From NCBI GenBank assembly GCA_046757025.1, contig JBHHXN010000148.1, forward strand, positions 1 to 13,063: a stretch of DNA of 13,063 bases, read 5' to 3'. Source of the stretch: a bacterium (GTDB lineage Bacteria > Zhuqueibacterota > Zhuqueibacteria > Oceanimicrobiales > Oceanimicrobiaceae). The position numbers and the translations under genes are program-made. Below are positions 1-7,168 of this stretch, one piece after another. The notes under the pieces are model-generated. The model worked only from the letters and a program-made list of their open reading frames with translations, was not told the origin of the DNA and did not search any database. How positions within the stretch are numbered: the stretch's first letter is position 1; every line of letters begins with the position of its first letter.

Positions 1-67
1 CATCAGCTTGACCTTATTTGTTTTTGTTTAAATTATCTAAGTGCGAAACTTGAGTCATTTATTATCC

Positions 68-958
68 ATGTCTGTTTTATTCATTTTCATCGACGGTATC
101 GGAATCGGCGAATTCAACCAAACGAAAAATCCTTTTGCACGATTTTTTACGCCGTATCTTTCCATTTTCAGCAATCATACTGAGACTTCCGTGCCCCTGA
201 ATGGCATTGTTGTGCAAACGGATCCGGCAATGGGTGTGAAAGGCCTGCCGCAGAGTGCAACCGGTCAAACAGCGCTTTTGACGGGTATCAACGCTTCAAA
301 AATTCTGGGACGGCATGCTTCCGGATTCCCATCTCCTACTTTAAGAAATATTTTGGCCAAAGAAAGCATTTTTCTGAAATTGCAGAAAATGGGCAAAACC
401 GCCACCTTTGCCAACGCCTTTACTCCTGAATATTTCCAGCGCTCTAATCGGCAAATTTCGGCAACCACCTGGTCGGTTAGAGCGTCGCATTTTCCTTTCC
501 GCATGTTGAACGAGGATTTACTGCACGACCGGGCCATATCTCACGATCTCACCAATGAATTTCTCGCCAGACTTGGATATGCGGTGCCCATTCGCAGTGC
601 AGAACAATCCGCAGAAATCCTGGCAAACATCAGTGAAACAATTGATTTTTGTTTATTCGAGTACATTCTCACGGATTTTATCGGCCATCAACAGGATATG
701 GCCTGGGCGAAATCGGAATTGCAAAAACTCACGACCTTTTTAAAAACCGTCCTAAATCGAATCGATTTGAGCGAGCATTTGGTTTTAATAAGCAGCGACC
801 ACGGCAATTTCGAGGATTTAAGTGTGGCCACACACACCCACAATTTTGTTCCCACCGTTCTTTGGGGGAAAGGTCGAATGCGGGCAGCTAAACAGATTAC
901 GCGCATTGAAGACGTTTCCGGCGCTATTCTGGATTTTTTCGAGAATGAGTCTGAGTAG
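68..958 (+). CDS. Metalloenzyme-superfamily protein (alkaline phosphatase / iPGM / phosphopentomutase-like fold)
   Basis: Motifs: N-terminal LFIFIDGIG (first metal Asp), PQSATGQTAL (putative Ser/Thr nucleophile loop), TDFIGH, SSDHGN and HTHNFVP metal ligands. ATG at 68 is preferred over GTG at 41 because this family usually starts just before the hydrophobic strand preceding DG. Substrate cannot be assigned. Confidence 0.8.
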   Translation: MSVLFIFIDGIGIGEFNQTKNPFARFFTPYLSIFSNHTETSVPLNGIVVQTDPAMGVKGLPQSATGQTALLTGINASKILGRHASGFPSPTLRNILAKESIFLKLQKMGKTATFANAFTPEYFQRSNRQISATTWSVRASHFPFRMLNEDLLHDRAISHDLTNEFLARLGYAVPIRSAEQSAEILANISETIDFCLFEYILTDFIGHQQDMAWAKSELQKLTTFLKTVLNRIDLSEHLVLISSDHGNFEDLSVATHTHNFVPTVLWGKGRMRAAKQITRIEDVSGAILDFFENESE

Positions 959-1058
959 GTGTTTTGACTGGTCCGATGCAGTTGCCGGAATGAAGCGTTT
1001 CCTTTTTTTTCTTGATTTTATGCGGTCTTAGGTCTGTGACACCCTGAACAAATTTTTC

Positions 1059-1086
1059 TTGACATAAGCGATAATTTTATTAAATT
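1059..1086 (+). promoter_or_regulatory. Candidate sigma-70 promoter for amrB-amrA
   Basis: TTGACA (1059-1064), 16-nt spacer, TAAATT (1081-1086), about 35 nt before the amrB start. Confidence 0.5.
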
Positions 1087-1119
1087 CATTTTGGAACCAC
1101 TTAATTACTGGGATAAATC

Positions 1120-1962
1120 ATGATGTTAATTCAAAGGGAAGATGTGCGTCTTCCTGCCGTAGCAGATTTGTTTTATCCAGGCGATCCGTCTGTTTTGAGC
1201 GATGAGATTGAGCATTTAATGGAGCAGTCCGAAACAGTAGAGGTCCGCGGTGAGATCAAAGCCCTGATTTGTCCGCATGCCGGTTACATCTATTCGGGAC
1301 GGGTTGCTGCCACCGCATACAAATTGTTAAAAGATAGCACCTGTTCCGTGGTTGCCATTATTTCACCGAGTCACCATGAATATTTCAAAGGCGTTTCGGT
1401 GTTTAATGGAAGGTGCTACAAAACTCCGCTGGGAGAAATTCCAATTTCTGAAGAATACGCAGAAAACTTGATCTCCCAGGATGAACGGATCGTTTCATCG
1501 TGGGCCGGCCACCGAAATGAACACGCGCTGGAAGTGCAGCTGCCATTCCTGCAGAAAGTCTTACCGCATATTTCCATCATCCCCATCGTCATGGGTGACC
1601 AGACTTTTGAGAATTGTCAACTGTTGGGCAAAGCGCTCGCAGAAGTACTTAAAAACGTTCCTTCTATCATCGTGGCCAGTTCCGATTTATCGCATCATCA
1701 TCCCTATTCGGAGGCGAAAGAGTTGGATGAACGCACCTGTGATCTCCTCAATTCGTACGATGAAATACGCTTTAAACAAGCGCTGGATGATGGCACCATT
1801 GAAGCCTGCGGCGGCGGCCCCATCCTCGCGGCCATGATTGCGAGCAAACAATCGGGCGCACGGTCTTCAAAAGTTTTGATCTACAAAAATTCCGGGGATG
1901 TTACTGGCGAACATGGCGCAGTGGTAGGATATTTGGCGGCCGTATTTGGAAATCTAAACTAA
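1120..1962 (+). CDS. amrB: AmmeMemoRadiSam system protein B (MEMO1 family)
   Basis: MEMO1 motifs RLPAVADLFYP, CPHAGYIYSG, SPSHH, EHALEVQLPFLQ, ASSDLSH, CGGGP and NSGDVTG...VVGY; adjacent to an AMMECR1 gene. Confidence 0.92.
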   Translation: MMLIQREDVRLPAVADLFYPGDPSVLSDEIEHLMEQSETVEVRGEIKALICPHAGYIYSGRVAATAYKLLKDSTCSVVAIISPSHHEYFKGVSVFNGRCYKTPLGEIPISEEYAENLISQDERIVSSWAGHRNEHALEVQLPFLQKVLPHISIIPIVMGDQTFENCQLLGKALAEVLKNVPSIIVASSDLSHHHPYSEAKELDERTCDLLNSYDEIRFKQALDDGTIEACGGGPILAAMIASKQSGARSSKVLIYKNSGDVTGEHGAVVGYLAAVFGNLN

Positions 1963-1982
1963 TTGAAATGTCTGGCCATGTC

Positions 1983-2017
1983 AACAAAGTTACCTCCGGG
2001 AGGTGGTAAGCTTTGTT
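1983..2017 (+). promoter_or_regulatory. Hairpin covering the Shine-Dalgarno sequence and TTG start of amrA
   Basis: AACAAAG (1983-1989) pairs with CTTTGTT (2011-2017, containing the TTG start). TTACC (1990-1994) pairs with GGTAA (2005-2009). An anti-SD ACCTCC (1992-1997) lies directly beside the SD GGAGGT (1999-2004). Confidence 0.5.
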
Positions 2018-2588
2018 AAAAAAATTTTATTCTCATTATCTTTCAAAAGCTGAACAAAAAACGCTATTAAAATTTGCACGAGAATCCATCGCGGCAAATT
2101 TGCGCGGGGAAGATCCTGCTGCTTTTGAAAATCAATCGCCGCGTTTGAGCGAAGAACGCGGGGCCTTTGTGACGCTGCTCAAAAACAATTCGCTCCGCGG
2201 CTGTATCGGATTCGTGCAGAGTTACAAACCACTCTATGAAACCATTAAAGAGGTGGCGGTGGCAGCCGCTTTCCGCGATCCCCGGTTTCCTCCCTTGAGC
2301 GAGAACGAACTTCCCGAAATCATCATTGAAATTTCAGTCATTTCTCCCATGCAAAAAATCCAGTCGATCAAAAAAATCAAAATCAAACGGCATGGATTAT
2401 TTATTTCACATGGCAAATCGCAGGGGTTACTTTTGCCACAGGTGGCGGTGAACAATAAGTGGGATCGCCAGACTTTTTTAGAACACGTATGTTTGAAGGC
2501 TGGTTTAAAAAAAAATGACTGGAAAAATCCAGAGGCAGAAATCATGATTTTCCAGGCACAAGTCTTTAAGGAAGATTCAAAACGGTGA
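2013..2588 (+). CDS. amrA: AmmeMemoRadiSam system protein A (AMMECR1 domain)
   Basis: Motifs GAFVTL, LRGCIG, AAFRDPRFPP, EISVIS, GLLLPQVA and LKAGL. TTG start with GGAGGT 8 nt upstream. Confidence 0.93.
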   Translation: MLKKFYSHYLSKAEQKTLLKFARESIAANLRGEDPAAFENQSPRLSEERGAFVTLLKNNSLRGCIGFVQSYKPLYETIKEVAVAAAFRDPRFPPLSENELPEIIIEISVISPMQKIQSIKKIKIKRHGLFISHGKSQGLLLPQVAVNNKWDRQTFLEHVCLKAGLKKNDWKNPEAEIMIFQAQVFKEDSKR

Positions 2589-2748
2589 TCGGCTGTGTCA
2601 TAAGGGACGGCGGTATTTGATCCAAGGAGCTCGGAGATTGGTTGTCGGATTCTTTTTTTTACATTCCTCCAACAACTCAGCAATTGTCATCTATCATCCA
2701 AAAATAGAAACGAATTAATTACAAAGCTGAATATATTTCACTTAATTT

Positions 2749-2927
2749 GTGTCTGAACGAAAACTCGAAAAATGGACGCTTTAATAACCACTTCGCGAAG
2801 GCGTCCCTTCGACAAGGCTCAGGACAGGCCCTTCTACAAGGCTCAGGACAGGCCCCGCCAAGCCAGGCAGGAATACCCCCTCGGCCAGGAGGGCTTCGGG
2901 AAGACAAGGTCGTTTTCGTTCAGGCAT
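2749..2927. mobile_element. MITE copy 1 (179 bp, non-autonomous)
   Basis: TIRs GTGTCTGAACGAAAAC (2749-2764) and GTTTTCGTTCAGGCAT (2912-2927), 2 mismatches. Flanked by the 6-bp direct repeat TAATTT (2743-2748 and 2928-2933). Colinear and gap-free with the copy at 6805-6983 (23 mismatches by hand count, about 87% identity). Confidence 0.88.
2805..2852 (+). repeat. Tandem 2 x 24-bp REP-like unit CCCTTCGACAAGGCTCAGGACAGG inside MITE copy 1
   Basis: Units at 2805-2828 and 2829-2852 differ at one position. Confidence 0.85.
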
Positions 2928-2981
2928 TAATTTAGATTGGATGTTGCTAATTCAAGGTGAGATATTATACACGGGAGATAA

Positions 2982-4343
2982 TTGCAATTGCAGCCGGCAC
3001 ATGAATATGAGATTTACGATCGTACTAAATTAGAAGCCCTGGAAGATCGCGTGCTGTCGCCGTATGCCAGACGAAGCGCGGGCAAGCATGCTACCCGATT
3101 GCATGCGGAACCGGAACACGACTACCGAACCGCCTTTCAGCGCGACCGCGACCGCATCATTCATTCGCGTGCCTTCCGGCGTTTGAAACACAAGCGCCAG
3201 GTTTTTCTTACCACGGAAAGCGATCACTATCGAACCCGCATTACCCATACCCTGGAAGTAGCCCAACTTTCCCGCACCATCGCCAGAGCCCTGGGATTAA
3301 ATGAAGACCTGGTTGAAGCCATTGCTCTGGGGCATGATCTCGGGCACACACCTTTCGGTCATCTGGGTGAAGTCACTCTGAATCAAATTCTTTCCGGACA
3401 ATTGAAGTTTTCGGGACAAAAAACCTCGAGAAATTTTGGCGGATTTAAACACAATTACCAAAGCATTCGAATCGTGGACTGGTTAGAACAGAAATACGAT
3501 TTTCAGGGGTTGAATTTGACCGCGTCTGTTCGAGAGGGAATTCTTAAACATACACGCCTGAAACGCGGTCATTTTGATTACCCCGATTTCAATTTGACGG
3601 GTTTGTGCTTTGAACGCGACGTCGCCTCTTCTCTGGAAGGGCAGGTGGTGGCCATTTGCGATGAAATCGCCCAAAGGACCCACGACCTGGAAGACGGCTT
3701 GCGCGCGGGTCTGGTTGAACTTCAAAAAGTCAAGCGCCTGAAAGTCATTCAACTCATTGAAAAAAAAATGAATATATTTACACTGGAGCAGCGTGACCGG
3801 CAGGTTTATCAGGGATTGCTTATCCGCGGATTGATCAACTATCTGGTGGATGATGTGATTCGCACAACCCTGGTGAATTTATCGGAATACGCTCAGCAGC
3901 ATGGAGATATGACCGAGTTTGACCGGGAGCTGGTGCAGTTCAGCCCGGAAACCGACCCCCTGCAAAAAGAGCTCAACAAATTCATTTATAAAGAAATCAT
4001 CGATTTTTCCCGAGTGAAATGGTCGGATGAATTGGGAAGGAAACTGCTGTTTAGATTATTTGAAGCGTATTTTTTGGAACCAACGCTCTTGCCAGAATAT
4101 GTGCTGGCAAAATATTTTCAGGATAAGCGAGAGGCCTTTTCAGTTAAAAACCGACTGGTGGAGCAGCAGCTTCAAAGGATGCAAAATGATCGACAGTTTT
4201 TTAGATTGATATGCGACCACATCGCCGGAATGACCGATAATTTTGCCATCCGCGAAGCACAAATTCTGGCCAGTTTGAACAAGCTTAACGCCGAAGATCT
4301 GCATCTGGAACTGGCGCAGGGCAAAGTGCTGTCCAATGCTTGA
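2982..4343 (+). CDS. dgt: Deoxyguanosinetriphosphate triphosphohydrolase-like HD-domain protein (dNTPase)
   Basis: Motifs RTAFQRDRDRIIHSRAFRRL, RTRITHTLEVAQ, GHDLGHTPFGHLGE, GFKHNYQS, SLEGQVV...HDLEDG and DHIAGMTD. GGGAG RBS at 2973-2977. Start is TTG at 2982 or 2988. Confidence 0.92.
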   Translation: MQLQPAHEYEIYDRTKLEALEDRVLSPYARRSAGKHATRLHAEPEHDYRTAFQRDRDRIIHSRAFRRLKHKRQVFLTTESDHYRTRITHTLEVAQLSRTIARALGLNEDLVEAIALGHDLGHTPFGHLGEVTLNQILSGQLKFSGQKTSRNFGGFKHNYQSIRIVDWLEQKYDFQGLNLTASVREGILKHTRLKRGHFDYPDFNLTGLCFERDVASSLEGQVVAICDEIAQRTHDLEDGLRAGLVELQKVKRLKVIQLIEKKMNIFTLEQRDRQVYQGLLIRGLINYLVDDVIRTTLVNLSEYAQQHGDMTEFDRELVQFSPETDPLQKELNKFIYKEIIDFSRVKWSDELGRKLLFRLFEAYFLEPTLLPEYVLAKYFQDKREAFSVKNRLVEQQLQRMQNDRQFFRLICDHIAGMTDNFAIREAQILASLNKLNAEDLHLELAQGKVLSNA

Positions 4344-4396
4344 TGCCATGATTTTCGCTCTCAACTCTGTCACCTCTATGCGGCCCTTTTCGTCTG

Positions 4397-5287
4397 ATGA
4401 AATTCAAGATTGAAAATTTGTCGTTCACTTATAAATCGTTTGGCGCTTCCACAAAATGTGCTTTGAAGGAGATAAATGTCCAAATTCAATCGGGAGAATT
4501 TGTCTGTTTGATCGGGCCTTCGGGCTCCGGCAAAACAACCCTTATGCAGCACTTCACCGGCCTGTTAAAGCCGGACCACGGCCGAGTTGTGTTTGAAGGA
4601 AAAGATATCTGGGGGAAGGAATGCAACCTAACTTCCCTGCGACGCAAAGTTGGGCTGGTATTTCAATTTCCAGAAAAGCAATTATTTGCTGAGACTGTTT
4701 ATGAGGATATCGCCTTTGGCCCTAAAAATTTAAGTTTAGATGAATCGGAGATCCGAGAAAGGGTTCGGTCTGCCATGGAGAGGGTTCAGCTCGAATTTGA
4801 GACCTTTGCGGAGCGTTCACCGTTTTCATTGAGCGAAGGCGAAAAAAGGCGGGCGGCGCTGGCCGGAGTTCTGGTCATGCAGCCCGAAATGCTGATCTTG
4901 GATGAGCCCACTGCCGGCCTGGATCACAAAGGTGTGAACGTCATGCTCGACATCCTGCACGATTTTCACAGCCGGGGTAAAACCCTCCTGCTGATTTCCC
5001 ACAATTTGGACCTGGTCGGCATACTGGCATCGCGCGTGCTGGTACTCAACGAAGGTCAAATGCGGTTCGATGGCTCGATTCGCGATTTGTTCAAGGATAG
5101 CGAATTGTTGCAATCTCTCGGCTTGGAGCGGCCGCGGTTGCAAGTGATCGTTCAAAAACTCAAGCAGAATGGCTGGCTCAAAACAGAGGCGATTTATTCC
5201 GTCGAACACTTGAAAAAAGAGTTGGTTAAACATCCCCGGTTCAGGAAATCTACACGGCAGAAACTACCCGTAATTGACAAGCTATAA
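4397..5287 (+). CDS. ecfA2: Energy-coupling factor (ECF) transporter ATPase, EcfA2/CbiO-like
   Basis: Walker A GPSGSGKT, ECF-type Q-loop/Q-helix LVFQFPEKQLF, DIAFGPKNL, signature SPFSLSEGEKRR, Walker B LILDEPTAGLD and H-loop ISHN. Confidence 0.85.
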   Translation: MKFKIENLSFTYKSFGASTKCALKEINVQIQSGEFVCLIGPSGSGKTTLMQHFTGLLKPDHGRVVFEGKDIWGKECNLTSLRRKVGLVFQFPEKQLFAETVYEDIAFGPKNLSLDESEIRERVRSAMERVQLEFETFAERSPFSLSEGEKRRAALAGVLVMQPEMLILDEPTAGLDHKGVNVMLDILHDFHSRGKTLLLISHNLDLVGILASRVLVLNEGQMRFDGSIRDLFKDSELLQSLGLERPRLQVIVQKLKQNGWLKTEAIYSVEHLKKELVKHPRFRKSTRQKLPVIDKL

Positions 5288-5517
5288 ATGGAAACCTGTG
5301 TAAATTTAAACCACGTGATCGAAAAGTAACCGATTTTACTGAATGTGAAATGAGAATCAGGGTAAAAAAAATAATGCCGTAATATCTAAATACTCATTTT
5401 AACAAAAATTTCAGAATTGTTAATAACTGAATTAATAGACAGTTAAAAAAATTCCTTCCTCAAATTTTATTCCTAAGCGATTCCGCGAAAATTTACGAAA
5501 TTACCCATTTTGGGCGG

Positions 5518-5533
5518 TGGCATAGTCTTTGCA
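5518..5533 (+). promoter_or_regulatory. Sigma-54 (RpoN) -24/-12 promoter upstream of the bEBP gene
   Basis: TGGCATAGTCTTTGCA: GG (5519-5520), 10-nt spacer, GC (5531-5532). Close match to the TGGCAC-N5-TTGCW consensus, preceded by an AT-rich tract. Confidence 0.8.
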
Positions 5534-5671
5534 AATACCCTGCTCAATTCAACTAACAATTTGGTCAGTTCATTCTGATTGCCGAGTTAGATGCAGGTGA
5601 AGTGCTCAATTCGATTCTGGCTCAGTACACGTAAATTACGGTTTATAAAAAATTGAGAGGATAATTTCAAG

Positions 5672-6805
5672 ATGTCAGTTGCTGTGGTCGATAAATACTT
5701 AGACAAAGCTCATAACATGCGGTTATTTGAGGAGATTAAGCGGCATTCGATAATGAAAGAAACCGATTACGCAAATATCGAAAAATCTGAATGGGGAAAG
5801 AATTACGGCTTTGATTTCCATTATCCTTTGGTCAGTAGCAGTCCAGAGATCAAAGACATTTTAAATCTGGTTAAAAAGGTAGCCAAAAGCAACGCCACTA
5901 TTTTGATCCACGGCGAGACCGGCACTGGCAAGGAGCTGATTGCCAGTCTTATACAATTTATCAGCCTGCGAGCGGATAAGCCTTTTATCAAGGTCAACTG
6001 TGCGGCGCTGCCGGAAAACTTATTGGAAAGCGAGCTCTTTGGACACGAAAAGGGGGCTTTCACCGGGGCGTATCAAACTCGCATTGGTAAATTTGAACAA
6101 GCCGATGGCGGCACGCTGTTTTTGGATGAAATCGGCGATATGCATTTGACCACCCAGGCGAAAATCCTGCGGGTTTTGCAGGATCAAACTTTCAATCGGC
6201 TGGGCGGCAACCGCACCATCAAAGTCGATGTGCGCGTAATTGCCGCCACCAACAAAGAGCTGATGGAGGAAATCGAGGCCGGGAACTTTCGCGCAGATTT
6301 GTACTACCGCCTGAATGTGGTCACCCTGCAGGTACCGCCGCTTCGTCAGAGGCGGGAAGATATTCTGATTATTGCAGATTATTTTCGTAGAAAGTTTTCA
6401 CAGGAAATCAGAAAAAATGTGCCGGGATTTACCCCTGAAACCACCGCGTTGTTGAAAAACCACTCCTGGCCGGGAAATATTCGCGAGCTGAAAAATTTGA
6501 TCGAGCGCGCGGTTCTAGTGGCCGAAGATGGCAATATGATCACCCCGGTGGATTTGGCCATGCCGGGCAAGGATTATTTCGCGGCGGGTGGACGCGACCG
6601 ACGCCGGCACAGCGATGGCGAACTCATCAGCTTCGATACCTTGAATCTGGCTGAAATTGAAAAGGAAACCATTTTGCGGGCGCTGCAGGTGAGCAATTGG
6701 ATTCAAAAAGACGCTGCCATCTTGTTAGGAGTTTCGCCTCGCGCCCTCAATTACAAAATCAATCAGTACGACATCACCCATCCCTCCTGGAAAAAGAATA
6801 CATAG
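5672..6805 (+). CDS. Sigma-54-dependent transcriptional activator (bEBP: AAA+ plus Fis-type HTH) lacking an N-terminal sensory domain
   Basis: Walker A GETGTGKE, ESELFGHEKGAFTGA, Walker B LFLDEIG, FRADLYYRLNV, WPGNIREL and C-terminal HTH QKDAAILLGVSPRALNYK. Only about 50 aa precede the AAA+ domain. GAGAGGA RBS at 5655-5661. Confidence 0.93.
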   Translation: MSVAVVDKYLDKAHNMRLFEEIKRHSIMKETDYANIEKSEWGKNYGFDFHYPLVSSSPEIKDILNLVKKVAKSNATILIHGETGTGKELIASLIQFISLRADKPFIKVNCAALPENLLESELFGHEKGAFTGAYQTRIGKFEQADGGTLFLDEIGDMHLTTQAKILRVLQDQTFNRLGGNRTIKVDVRVIAATNKELMEEIEAGNFRADLYYRLNVVTLQVPPLRQRREDILIIADYFRRKFSQEIRKNVPGFTPETTALLKNHSWPGNIRELKNLIERAVLVAEDGNMITPVDLAMPGKDYFAAGGRDRRRHSDGELISFDTLNLAEIEKETILRALQVSNWIQKDAAILLGVSPRALNYKINQYDITHPSWKKNT

Positions 6806-6983
6806 TGTCTGAACGAAAACTCGAAAAATGCACGATTTCTAAACCTCTTCGCGAAGGCGTCCCTTCGACAAGGTTCAGGACAGGCCCTTCGACAAGGCTC
6901 AGGACAGGCCCCGCCGAGCTGAGCAGGAATTCACCCTCGGCCAGGAGGCCTTCAGGAGGAGGGGGTAGTTTTCGTTCAGACAC
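6805..6983. mobile_element. MITE copy 2 (179 bp, non-autonomous)
   Basis: Perfect 16-bp TIRs GTGTCTGAACGAAAAC (6805-6820) and GTTTTCGTTCAGACAC (6968-6983). 6-bp direct repeat TACATA at 6799-6804 and 6984-6989. Confidence 0.9.
6861..6908 (+). repeat. Tandem 2 x 24-bp REP-like unit inside MITE copy 2
   Basis: CCCTTCGACAAGGTTCAGGACAGG (6861-6884) followed by CCCTTCGACAAGGCTCAGGACAGG (6885-6908). Confidence 0.85.
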
Positions 6984-7029
6984 TACATAATTTTCCAATT
7001 ATTGGTAAATAGATGCTCCATCGTTCACC

Positions 7030-7062
7030 AGAGGAATCAGTTGTTTGATTCCTCTTTTTTTT
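7030..7062 (+). terminator. Intrinsic terminator of the bEBP transcript
   Basis: Perfect 10-bp stem AGAGGAATCA / TGATTCCTCT, 6-nt loop, followed by a T run to 7062. Confidence 0.82.
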
Positions 7063-7168
7063 GCAATTCCTTCCATCTCCAGTCATAATTTCCTCATATT
7101 TGTTGATCGAACCCCTAAAAATGGAGATCACAGATCTGTTCAAAAAAGTCTCGAAATTCAATTTTCTG

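Noticed and set aside
8..36. TTGACC as a -35 element for the first gene
   Set aside because: The best -10 candidate (TAAATT) is spaced only 15 nt away, and upstream context is cut off by the window.
2805..2852. 24-bp direct repeats as a mini CRISPR array
   Set aside because: Units are directly adjacent with no spacers, lie inside a TIR-bounded element, and no cas genes are present.
2719..2935. Short ORFs over MITE copy 1 (2747-2935 +, 2719-2907 -) and the equivalents over copy 2 (6697-6990 +, 6774-6998 -)
   Set aside because: They are by-products of the stop-free 24-bp repeat. The frames are not preserved as one gene between copies, and I see no clear RBS or protein family signal.
2982..4343. 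dGTPase as an anti-phage defence gene
   Set aside because: It resembles housekeeping Dgt and no defence-island neighbours are present.
5672..6805. Assigning the bEBP as FleQ, NtrC, PspF or PrsR
   Set aside because: There is no REC or FleQ N-terminal domain, the FleQ-type ExxxR position is not evidently conserved, and there is no psp or flagellar context. No gene symbol is justified.
2749..6983. Composite transposon made of the two MITEs carrying dgt-ecfA2-bEBP
   Set aside because: Each copy has its own target duplication and the outer flanks (TAATTT vs TACATA) differ, indicating independent insertions.
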